A stretch of 33,128 nt of DNA from Pirellulales bacterium (GTDB taxonomy: Bacteria; Planctomycetota; Planctomycetia; Pirellulales; PALSA-1355), in contig JBBDYK010000203.1 in the NCBI GenBank assembly GCA_040901665.1, positions 1 to 33,128 on the forward strand, written 5' to 3'. Each line of letters starts with the position of its first letter. Positions within the stretch are counted from its first letter, which is position 1. Both the position numbers and the translations under genes were made by a program. Under the pieces are notes generated by a model. That model saw nothing but the letters and a program-made list of their open reading frames with translations. It was not told the DNA's origin and did not search any database. Positions 1 through 8,311 of this stretch are shown one piece after another.

Positions 1-130
1 TGAGGGCCGGGGCGGACACGCCGTGTGATTTCGTCAAATCGGTCTCGGCCCGCACGTTGACACCCCCGCGCATCGGCGGCTAGGCTGGGCGACTGCTTGT
101 TGACCGTCGTCTGCCGAGGAATTGCCGCGT

Positions 131-1234
131 ATGAAAGCCGTTGCCGTCACGCCAGGAAAGCCCGATAGCGTCCACCTGGCCGATATGCCCAAGCCGCGTG
201 TGGACCAGATGCCCGACGGGCGGGGCGTGCTGGTGCGGGTGTTGAAGATCGGTGTCGACGCCACGGATCGGGAGATCAACGAAGCCAAGTATGGTGCGGC
301 GCCACCGGGCTATGACTTCCTTGTGCTGGGGCACGAGTCATTCGGCGTGGTCGAGGAAATCGGGCCCGCGGTGACACATGTCAAGCCCGGCGACTATGTC
401 ACGGCCACGGTGCGCCGCCCCGGCGGCTCGATCTACGACCAGATCGGCACCTCGGATATGACCAGCGAGGAGGTCTATTACGAGCGGGGCATCAACCTGC
501 TGCACGGGTTTTTGACCGAGCACTATGTCGATGACGCCGAGTTCATCGTGAAGATGCCCAAGGGGCTCAAGCACCTGCACGTGCTGGCCGAGCCGATGAG
601 CTGCGCCACCAAGGCCGTGCAGCAAGCGTTCGAGGTGCAGCGCCGCTTGCGTGTCTGGCGGCCAGGAGTGGCCTATGTCATGGGCGCGGGGCAGATCGGC
701 CTGCTCAGCACGTTGGCGCTGCGGCTGCGCGGGCTGGATGTTTATACGCTGGCGCGCGGCGAGGCACCGTCACTGAAGAGCGAGCTGGTCGAAGCCATGG
801 GCGCCCACTACGTCAGCACGCAAAACATGCCGCTGGCCGAGTTGCCCAAGCGCGTGGGCAAGGCCGATTTGATCATCGACGCCACCGGCTCAAGCGCCAT
901 CGCCTTCGGCTGCATGCAACTTCTGGGGCACAACGGCGTGCTGGTGTGGACCAGCGTCACCGGCGGTCGCCAGCACGTGGAGGTTCCCTCTGACAAGGTG
1001 AACCTCGACTGGGTGCTGGGCAACAAGCTGCTGTTGGGTTCGGTCAACGCCAATCGCGAACACTTCGAAATGGGCATCAAGGATCTGGCGCTGGGAGAAG
1101 TGATGTTCCCCGGCGTGATCGAGCGGATCCTGACGACGCCCATCCAGGGTTTGGAAAACTATCGGCAAATGATGCAAGCGCTGGTCGACGATCCGACGGC
1201 ACTGAAGGTCTATGTCAATGTGGCGGAGGGTTGA
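131..1234 (+). CDS. Zn-dependent glucose 1-dehydrogenase (MDR family, haloarchaeal GlcDH-like)
   Basis: MKAVAV start with GAGGA at 116-120; GVDATD, LGHE, TVRRP, YYERGI, EPMS, Rossmann GAGQIG and [10 protein letters not shown] motifs typical of glucose 1-dehydrogenases. Confidence 0.85.
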   Translation: MKAVAVTPGKPDSVHLADMPKPRVDQMPDGRGVLVRVLKIGVDATDREINEAKYGAAPPGYDFLVLGHESFGVVEEIGPAVTHVKPGDYVTATVRRPGGSIYDQIGTSDMTSEEVYYERGINLLHGFLTEHYVDDAEFIVKMPKGLKHLHVLAEPMSCATKAVQQAFEVQRRLRVWRPGVAYVMGAGQIGLLSTLALRLRGLDVYTLARGEAPSLKSELVEAMGAHYVSTQNMPLAELPKRVGKADLIIDATGSSAIAFGCMQLLGHNGVLVWTSVTGGRQHVEVPSDKVNLDWVLGNKLLLGSVNANREHFEMGIKDLALGEVMFPGVIERILTTPIQGLENYRQMMQALVDDPTALKVYVNVAEG

Positions 1235-1238
1235 AACG

Positions 1239-2135
1239 ATGCGAGCGCGTCGATGGCGGTGGACGTATTGCTTGAGCTTGCTGATGTCGGCGGCGACCTT
1301 GAGCGCGGCTGCGGCCGCTTGGGCCGATGATGCGACCCTGCGAGTGATGACGTTCAACATTCGCAACAGCAGCGCCAATGACGGCGAAGACTCTTGGCCG
1401 CATCGCAAGGAGTTTTTGATCGAAGTGATTCGCGAATTCTCGCCCGATTTACTGGGCACGCAGGAAGTGCTGCCCGATCAGGTCGATTATCTGGCCGAGA
1501 AGCTTTCAGATTACACCCTGGTGGGCGTCGGGCGCGACGACGGCAAGCGCCAGGGAGAATTCTCGGCGGCTCTCTACAAAAAGGCTCGCTTCGAGGCGAT
1601 CGATTCCGGCACCTTCTGGCTGAGCGAGACGCCCGATGTGCCGGGCAGCAAAAGCTGGGACAGCTCGCTGCCGCGGATCGTCACGTGGGCACGGCTGCGC
1701 GATCGCGCAGAACCCGCTCGTGAGCTGCTGTGGCTGAACACGCATTGGGACCATCGCGGACGTCAGGCCCGCTTTGAAAGCGGCAAGATCATCCGCCGCT
1801 GGATCGACCAGCACGCCGACGGCGCCGCCGCGCTGGTCACAGGCGACTTGAACGTGAACGAGGATCACGAGGGCGTGCGCGCCATGCTCGCCGAAGCCGG
1901 CGTGCCCCGGCTCGCCGATCTGTATCGCCAGGCCCATCCCGATCCGCAGCCGGACGAATCAACGTTCAGCGGCTTTCGCGGCACGACGCAAGGCAAGCGC
2001 ATCGACTTCATCCTCGGCAGCGCCGAGCTGCGCGTGACCGCCGCCGACATCGTCCGCGCCAGCCGCGAAGGCCGCTATCCGTCGGACCACTATCCGGTCA
2101 CGGCCGTGGTGAAGCTGCAGCGCGCGAAGAAGTAG
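1239..2135 (+). CDS. Secreted endonuclease/exonuclease/phosphatase (EEP) family protein
   Basis: Signal peptide (MRARRWRW...AAAAWA|DD); MTFNIR, GTQE, NTHWD, GDLN, RIDFI and SDHYPV motifs; starts 4 nt after the upstream stop. Confidence 0.9.
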   Translation: MRARRWRWTYCLSLLMSAATLSAAAAAWADDATLRVMTFNIRNSSANDGEDSWPHRKEFLIEVIREFSPDLLGTQEVLPDQVDYLAEKLSDYTLVGVGRDDGKRQGEFSAALYKKARFEAIDSGTFWLSETPDVPGSKSWDSSLPRIVTWARLRDRAEPARELLWLNTHWDHRGRQARFESGKIIRRWIDQHADGAAALVTGDLNVNEDHEGVRAMLAEAGVPRLADLYRQAHPDPQPDESTFSGFRGTTQGKRIDFILGSAELRVTAADIVRASREGRYPSDHYPVTAVVKLQRAKK

Positions 2136-3102
2136 CCGCGAGTTCGGCCGGCACGGCGGACTTTCTCCGCGGCCCCGCCCAAATCAACCGATAGCCGTAT
2201 GCGCGCGCCGCTGCACCATTGGCCAGCGCTACAATTGCGATCGCCATCGCAGCGGAGTGAAAGATGCACAGAATGATCGACCAGGAAACCCTTCTCTCGA
2301 ATTGGAAATAAATCGCGCTGGTGCCAAAGGCGAATAGTTCGCAGATTCCCGCCACAACGGCAACGCGAACCAACAAGCGCTTGCTGCCGAGCACGGCAAC
2401 CAACAGCGAGATCCCCATCAGCCACATCACTCCGATTACGATGGTCATCATGACGACGAACAGCAACACATTCACCTCGGGCGCGGCAATCCGCGCCGCT
2501 GCGATCGCGATACCTAGAAATGACATGATGCCAAACAGATCGAGCAGCCTAAGCGCCCGCCCAGGGGTGGGCTGCAGCAAGGGATCGCGCGTGACGCGCA
2601 TTCCCGCCCAGCACCGCGCAATCCAAAACGGGATCTGCGCGAAGTAGAACAACATCAGCCAAACTGGTGCGGCAGCTAGAGCGGCGGCCCAGACGCCCCA
2701 GAGATCCACATCGAGCACGCCCGTGTAAAGATAGTTTGACAGTTGCCAGGTCATTTTCATGGGCACGCCGAGGGCAATCGCAGCGGCCATTTGAATGAGC
2801 GTGCCGGCGAGCCAGCGTGTCGTGCTCTTGCCGGGGAACAGCGCTGTCCAGATTCCCAGGATCACGGTCTGGGCCAGAAAGCTGCCGATGACTAGAGCGC
2901 TCAGCGCTGGCCTCACATAGGGCAGCAGCGACGCAGTCGACGCAAGAACTTGCGCTTCCTCAGCAATGGACGCTGCGAGAATCGCGACATCGAAGACCAA
3001 ATTCGCAGCAACCACTCCACCAAAAAATGCCAGCGTAAGCGGCGCCCACAGATTGTCGACGTCGACGGGAACTGGCGGTATAAGGGTCGCTTTGCCATCC
3101 AT
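2098..3102 (-). CDS. Hypothetical polytopic membrane protein
   Basis: 334-aa ORF with about 8 hydrophobic segments; lies directly downstream of the sulfatase gene on the same strand; 3' end overlaps the convergent EEP gene by 38 nt. Confidence 0.7.
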   Translation of the reverse strand: MDGKATLIPPVPVDVDNLWAPLTLAFFGGVVAANLVFDVAILAASIAEEAQVLASTASLLPYVRPALSALVIGSFLAQTVILGIWTALFPGKSTTRWLAGTLIQMAAAIALGVPMKMTWQLSNYLYTGVLDVDLWGVWAAALAAAPVWLMLFYFAQIPFWIARCWAGMRVTRDPLLQPTPGRALRLLDLFGIMSFLGIAIAAARIAAPEVNVLLFVVMMTIVIGVMWLMGISLLVAVLGSKRLLVRVAVVAGICELFAFGTSAIYFQFERRVSWSIILCIFHSAAMAIAIVALANGAAARAYGYRLIWAGPRRKSAVPAELAATSSRAAASPRP

Positions 3103-3133
3103 CGCGGATCACCCTCGCCACGGGACCAGCGGT

Positions 3134-4471
3134 TCACGGCGTCGCGGAACTCTTGGTGGTCGAGGATTCGCCCAGCACCTTCTCAACTTCGCGTATGCCA
3201 AAGCCCAGCCAAGCGTGCTCCAAACCATTGCGGGTTTGCTTCTGAAGGGTCTTGAGCGCCAGCAACTTGGCCTCGAGCGCCGCCTGGCTGGTTGGTTCGT
3301 AGGCCAATGCAGCGTCTGCCATACGCAAGCCTTTCACCGGATCACCAGCTTCACTGATGCTCTGCGACCTGGCGGCCACGGCGCTTGCTCCGCCAGCCAG
3401 CTCGACAAGCTCGGCGTCGGCCACGTTGGGCGAACGGCCGTACATCGTAGCCGGATTGCGATCGAACCAGCCTACATAGCCGTCGTAAATGCCGCGCACG
3501 CTCCATGACACCTTGCCGTACGACTCGCCGACGTCCAATTCGGCAGGCAGCTTGATCTCGCGCATCAGCGTGAACACGTCCTTGCCGTCGTTCATACCCT
3601 GCACGGTTGCGTCGTGGACGAATTGAATGGCGTCGCGATACTTCGTCACTGCCTGCTTCACTTTCTCCTTACCCACGATTGCCAGCCCGTGACTGGGCAG
3701 CAGAATCTCAGGCTCCAGCGCCAGCACCTTGTTGAGCGAATCGACGTACTCCAGCGCCCAACGGGGCGGCGTGCCGCGAAGCGTGTAGATATTGGGAAAC
3801 GAGTCATACATCAAGTCGCCGACGAACACGGCCCGATGCTTGGGCAGCCACACGCTCAGGGCATCGGGCGTTTCGCTGGGAGTGGCGAAGACTTCGAACT
3901 CGACGCTGCCCAACTCGAACTCGTAGCGATCGTCGAAGGTGATCGTCGGCACGACCTTGCTCTTGGGAGAACGCGCCAGCTCGACCAGCCGCGCCTCGTC
4001 GAAATTGAACTGCGCCGCGTTGTTGCGCGCGAAAAACGGCGCCAAACGATCCTGATACGCGCAGAATTCCGGAAAATTGCGCTGCGTGATGATGTCAGTC
4101 TGGTCGCCTTTCCACAGGTGAACTCCGCCCGTGTGGTCGCCGTGGCCGTGTGTCAGGATGATGTACCTTGCGGGGGCGTCACTGACGGCCGACAGCAATT
4201 CCTTATGCTTGGGCGCTCGATTCACCGACGACGTGTCGACGATCACGTTGCCCGCGGGCGTGATCACCATGAAGGTGTTGGCAAAGCCGATGCCCTGGTA
4301 GATGGCGTGATTGACCCTAAGGGCCTCCTTCTGGTCCGCGCCGATGTTGGCAAAATTGACGATGCTAGACTCCGGCACTCTGCCGAAGGAATCCTGGGCC
4401 CGCGCCGGCGCCAGCAGGCATCCCGCTTGCAAAACGCAACTGATGGACAGGACGAGTCGCTTCGCTCCCAT
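3134..4471 (-). CDS. Alkyl/aryl-sulfatase-type metallo-beta-lactamase (SdsA/BDS1-like) with dimerisation domain
   Basis: Start moved to MGAKRL (4471), followed by a signal peptide; THGHGDH (HxHxDH), SETPD, GD..YDSFPNIYTLRGT, PSHG and YGKVSWSVRGIYDGYVGWFD. Confidence 0.85.
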   Translation of the reverse strand: MGAKRLVLSISCVLQAGCLLAPARAQDSFGRVPESSIVNFANIGADQKEALRVNHAIYQGIGFANTFMVITPAGNVIVDTSSVNRAPKHKELLSAVSDAPARYIILTHGHGDHTGGVHLWKGDQTDIITQRNFPEFCAYQDRLAPFFARNNAAQFNFDEARLVELARSPKSKVVPTITFDDRYEFELGSVEFEVFATPSETPDALSVWLPKHRAVFVGDLMYDSFPNIYTLRGTPPRWALEYVDSLNKVLALEPEILLPSHGLAIVGKEKVKQAVTKYRDAIQFVHDATVQGMNDGKDVFTLMREIKLPAELDVGESYGKVSWSVRGIYDGYVGWFDRNPATMYGRSPNVADAELVELAGGASAVAARSQSISEAGDPVKGLRMADAALAYEPTSQAALEAKLLALKTLQKQTRNGLEHAWLGFGIREVEKVLGESSTTKSSATP

Positions 4472-4674
4472 AACACCCCCGATTCGAACTGGATGTGAAA
4501 TCGATATCCCGCGGCAGAGTTGCTCTCGCGCTATTGTTGCCCGCCGGTATGCCCAGTGCAACGGCGCCGCTCCAATCAAGGTGCTCGCGGGTTGGAGCCG
4601 TGACGTCGTCGAGTACAATGGGCAACCACCGACGCCTCCCGACAGCAAGCCTACCTTGAAAGCGCATGTGAATT

Positions 4675-5793
4675 ATGAAATGCCCTCCTGCGGGGACACG
4701 ATTTGCGATGCTTCTGTTGTCGATCATGGCAACGGCGTCCACGGCGGCAGCGGACGATCAGGCGGCGCTGGTGGTCGAGACGGTGGCCGGTAATGGCGAT
4801 GCCGGACCGTTTGCCGGCAGGGGCACGGCGATCGAACGCGCCGTGGACCAACCGTTTGGCGTGGAAGTCGGGCCAGAAGGCGCACTTTACATCACTTCGG
4901 TCGGTCAGCACCGGGTTCTACGTCTCGACCGGAAGAGCGGCGTGTTGACCAGCGTGGCTGGCACCGGCGCCAAGGGCTATTCCGGCGACGGCGGGCCCGC
5001 AACGGCGGCACAGCTCAATGAGCCGTACGAAGTGCGCTTCGATTCGGCCGGCAACATGTACTTTGTCGAAATGCAGAACCACCTGGTCCGCCGCGTCGAC
5101 GCTGCCAGCGGCACGATATCGACCGTGGCAGGCACCGGCACGGCCGGGTTTGCTGGCGACGGTGGCGCCGCAAAGCAGGCTCAGTTTCGCCAGCCGCACA
5201 GCATCGCGCTCGACGATCGTGGCATGCTCTACGTGGCCGATATCGGCAATCACCGCATCCGTCGCATCGACTTGAACGACGGCTCGATTGCCACGATCGC
5301 CGGCAACGGCCAGCGTGCTTTGCCGCGCGGCGGCGAAGTTGCCCAGGGCAACGCGATGGTCGGCCCTAGAGCATTGTTCATCACCGGCCGCACCATGTGG
5401 ATCGCGTTGCGCGAGGGTCACAGCATCTGGCGAATGGATCTCGACTCGCTGATCGTCCGGCACGTGGCCGGCACCGGCGGCCAAGGCTACAGCGGCGACG
5501 GTGGACCCAGCAGAGCGGCCACGTTCAACGGCCCCAAGGGCATCACGGCGACCGCGGACGGAAAGGTGTACGTGGTGGACACCGAAAACCAGGTCATCCG
5601 GCTGATCGACACGGGGGCCGATCGCGTCTCGACCGTGGCAGGCAGTGGCCCGGCGGCACGTGGCTATGCGGGCGACGGCGCCGCGGCGTTACAGTCCAAA
5701 TTCGACCGGCCGCACGGCATTGGGCTGGCGCCCGACGGCTCACTTTATGTCGGCGACACGAACAATCACCGCGTGCGCTGGCTGCACCCCTAA
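4675..5793 (+). CDS. Secreted NHL-repeat beta-propeller protein
   Basis: Signal peptide; repeated VAGTG..GYSGDGGPA..A.(L/F)N.P.G units and YV.D..NHR(I/V)R blade ends; alternative start at 4708. Confidence 0.88.
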   Translation: MKCPPAGTRFAMLLLSIMATASTAAADDQAALVVETVAGNGDAGPFAGRGTAIERAVDQPFGVEVGPEGALYITSVGQHRVLRLDRKSGVLTSVAGTGAKGYSGDGGPATAAQLNEPYEVRFDSAGNMYFVEMQNHLVRRVDAASGTISTVAGTGTAGFAGDGGAAKQAQFRQPHSIALDDRGMLYVADIGNHRIRRIDLNDGSIATIAGNGQRALPRGGEVAQGNAMVGPRALFITGRTMWIALREGHSIWRMDLDSLIVRHVAGTGGQGYSGDGGPSRAATFNGPKGITATADGKVYVVDTENQVIRLIDTGADRVSTVAGSGPAARGYAGDGAAALQSKFDRPHGIGLAPDGSLYVGDTNNHRVRWLHP

Positions 5794-5811
5794 GGCCGTC
5801 AGTCCGCTCAC

Positions 5812-7050
5812 TCAGTTTTCGATCCGATATAGGTTCGTCTTGGTGCGCAGATAGATCGCCTTGCCGTAGACGGCCGGCGAGGCCATGCAACCGTCGTCGA
5901 GCCGGTTGGTGGCCAACAGCTCGTACTCAGGCCTGGCGGCGACAACGAATGTTTGGCCGTCCTGATTGCAGTAATAGATGCGCCCCTCCGCGCAGATCGG
6001 CGACGCGGAAAACTCCCCGTCCAGCCGCTTTTGCCAGATGGCCTTGCCGGTGTGAGCGTCAGTACAGGTGGCGATGCCCGCGTCGCTGACCATGTAGATC
6101 GCGTCGCCGATCAACAATTGCGAGCTGCGGGTGGAAACGCCCTGGCTGCTCTTCCACTCGATGTCCTTGGTAACGTCGCCCGTGCCGCCGACTTTGAGAG
6201 CGAACAGCTTCAGCCCACCGGCGGCCGTATTGATGTAAACGCGACCGTGGCCGAACAGCGGGCGCGCAGCCGCGTTCATGCCGCCGTGATGCACGCGCCA
6301 CAGTTCATCGCCGGTCAACGGTTCGTACGCAATCGTGTCTTGCGCGCTGGGATAAACGAGTTGCTGTTTGCCATCGACCTCGATGATGGTCGCGGTGCTA
6401 TAGCCCTTCTTGATGTCGCCCTCATTCGAGTCGTATTGAATGTTGCGATCTTTGCGCCAGACGGTCTTGCCGGTTTCCTTGTCGAGCGCCACGACGTACT
6501 GATAGTCGTAGCCGTCCAACGCCACGACGAGCAGGTTGCCAAACAGGATGGGCGACGAAGCGGCGCCGCGAAAGTGGTCGCACTCCAGATCCTCGCGGCT
6601 CCACAGCACTTTGCCGGTGCTGGTGTCGAGACACGCCGTGCCGGCGCTGCCGAAGTGTACGTAGACGCGCCCCTCTTCGATGACCGGCGTGCAACTGGCG
6701 TAGCTATTGAACTGGTGGCAGAACTGTGGCTCGGGAATCGCATAGAGCAACAGGTCGTGCAAGACCTTGCCGCTATCGCGATCGACGCAAACGGCGTAGC
6801 GCTGCTTGCCGTTTTCGGTGGCCGAAGTCATCCAGATTTGATTATCCCAAATGACGGGCGAAGACCAGGCCTTGCCATGAATGGGCGTTTTCCAGACGAC
6901 GTGCTCCTGCTCCGACCAGGTAACGGGCAACCCCGTGACCGTCGACATCCCATCTCCCGTCGGCCCGCGAAACTGCGGCCAATTCTCGGCGGCGCGGGCG
7001 GCGGCGGAAACAGCAACCAGGCAAGCAAGACAAACGGCAACCAGGCGCAT
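5812..7050 (-). CDS. PQQ-like beta-propeller protein (planctomycete BamB/AfsK-like family)
   Basis: Signal peptide then ENWPQFRGPTG, WSSPVI, repeated D..TGK..W blade motifs, and C-terminal ASPAV..KAIYLRT..NLYRI. Confidence 0.88.
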   Translation of the reverse strand: MRLVAVCLACLVAVSAAARAAENWPQFRGPTGDGMSTVTGLPVTWSEQEHVVWKTPIHGKAWSSPVIWDNQIWMTSATENGKQRYAVCVDRDSGKVLHDLLLYAIPEPQFCHQFNSYASCTPVIEEGRVYVHFGSAGTACLDTSTGKVLWSREDLECDHFRGAASSPILFGNLLVVALDGYDYQYVVALDKETGKTVWRKDRNIQYDSNEGDIKKGYSTATIIEVDGKQQLVYPSAQDTIAYEPLTGDELWRVHHGGMNAAARPLFGHGRVYINTAAGGLKLFALKVGGTGDVTKDIEWKSSQGVSTRSSQLLIGDAIYMVSDAGIATCTDAHTGKAIWQKRLDGEFSASPICAEGRIYYCNQDGQTFVVAARPEYELLATNRLDDGCMASPAVYGKAIYLRTKTNLYRIEN

Positions 7051-7180
7051 CGGTACTCTCAGCAGTGGCGAATAAAGGACAGGTAATCGTGACGATCAAG
7101 AGTCATGGCGGGTTCCATTGTAGCCCACCACGGTATTGCGCTATAGACCCCGATCGCGGTCGGCCGACAGCCGTGTTCCG

Positions 7181-8170
7181 TCACCTCCGCCACGTTGCTT
7201 TGACTTCGGGGTTGACCAACGCGCAGCCCGTTGGCCAGCGGCCTTGCAGGATGTCGACGATGTTGCGGGCGGCGCCCACAGACATGTCCTCGACGCCTTG
7301 GGTGTCGAACGAAGCAATGTGCGGCGTAACGACGACGTTGGGCCATTTGAGCAACGGGTGATCGGCCGGCGGGGGCTCAGCCTGAAGTACGTCCAAGCCC
7401 GCCCCGGCCAAATGGCCCGAGCGCAGCGCCGCCAGTAAGGCGTCCTCGTTGACCAGGCCGCCGCGTGCCGTGTTGATGAGCACGCTGCCGGGTTTCATCA
7501 GCCTCAGCGTGCGGGCATTGATCAGCTCGCGCGTGTCCGGGCCCATGGGCGTGTGCAGTGTGACGTAGTCAGCGGTCGCCAACAGTTGGTCGAGTTCCAT
7601 GACGTCGACTTCGTATCGAGCCACGAACTGCGCGTCGGGAAATGTCTCGCAAGCCACCAGCCGCATGCCGAACGCCGCGGCGCGCTGTGCCACGCTGCGG
7701 CCGATGCGCCCCAGGCCGACGATGCCCAGCGTCTTGCCGCGCAACTGCAAGTGCATGTCGCTGCGCCGCCAGATCCCTTCGCGCGTCGCGACCGCATACG
7801 ACACGATCGAGCGAGACACCGCCAACAGCAGAGCCATGGCATGCTCGGCGACCGCCTGGTGATTGCCCTCGGGCGTGATCGTCACCGCCACGCCTCGGCG
7901 TGTCGCCGCCGCCACGTCGATGCGATCGTAGCCCACACCGTTGCGCGAGATGACCCGCAGTTCGGGCAATCCCGCCAACACGCGGTCGGTATAAGGTTCG
8001 CTGCCGGCTAGCGAGGCCGCGCAGCCCTGCATGGCCGCCAACGTTTCGTCCTCGGTAAGCAAAACGTTGCGCTGGGGATAGTCGTATTCGAAGCCGGCAT
8101 CCGTCAGCACGGCCAGGTGCGGTCCGGGGCGATGGCGGACGGCTTCCGTAGTGATCAGGACTTTGGACAT
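7181..8170 (-). CDS. D-2-hydroxyacid dehydrogenase (phosphoglycerate dehydrogenase-like, no ACT domain)
   Basis: GVGYDRID, AVAEH, GIVGLGRIG, LINTARG, GAGLDV..EP and TPHIA motifs (catalytic Arg/Glu/His). Confidence 0.9.
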   Translation of the reverse strand: MSKVLITTEAVRHRPGPHLAVLTDAGFEYDYPQRNVLLTEDETLAAMQGCAASLAGSEPYTDRVLAGLPELRVISRNGVGYDRIDVAAATRRGVAVTITPEGNHQAVAEHAMALLLAVSRSIVSYAVATREGIWRRSDMHLQLRGKTLGIVGLGRIGRSVAQRAAAFGMRLVACETFPDAQFVARYEVDVMELDQLLATADYVTLHTPMGPDTRELINARTLRLMKPGSVLINTARGGLVNEDALLAALRSGHLAGAGLDVLQAEPPPADHPLLKWPNVVVTPHIASFDTQGVEDMSVGAARNIVDILQGRWPTGCALVNPEVKATWRR

Positions 8171-8275
8171 TTCAGGCCGTGGCTACAGTCCGCGAGCATC
8201 GAGGCTACGTCGATGTATTCATAATGTACTGCGGCCAGTGAGTCCAGGCACGCGCCCCGGCGAGCGTTGCGATGG

Positions 8276-8304
8276 TTAACTCGCACAACCGCCGCTGTTA
8301 TACT
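8276..8304 (+). promoter_or_regulatory. Putative sigma70-type promoter with extended -10, giving a leaderless transcript
   Basis: TTAACT (8276-8281), 17-nt spacer, TGt-TATACT (-10 at 8299-8304), then 7 nt to ATG 8312 with no SD sequence. Confidence 0.6.
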
Positions 8305-8311
8305 GGCTGGC

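Noticed and set aside
4569-4619. GCTCCAA...TTGGAGC inverted repeat and TACAAT between the divergent sulfatase and NHL genes
   Set aside because: Plausible promoter or operator, but the -35 is weak and the repeat short and GC-rich; not enough support.
4950-5700. Recurring GGCGACGG-type DNA repeats
   Set aside because: They encode the NHL repeat motif G(Y/F)xGDG; not a CRISPR array or mobile repeat.
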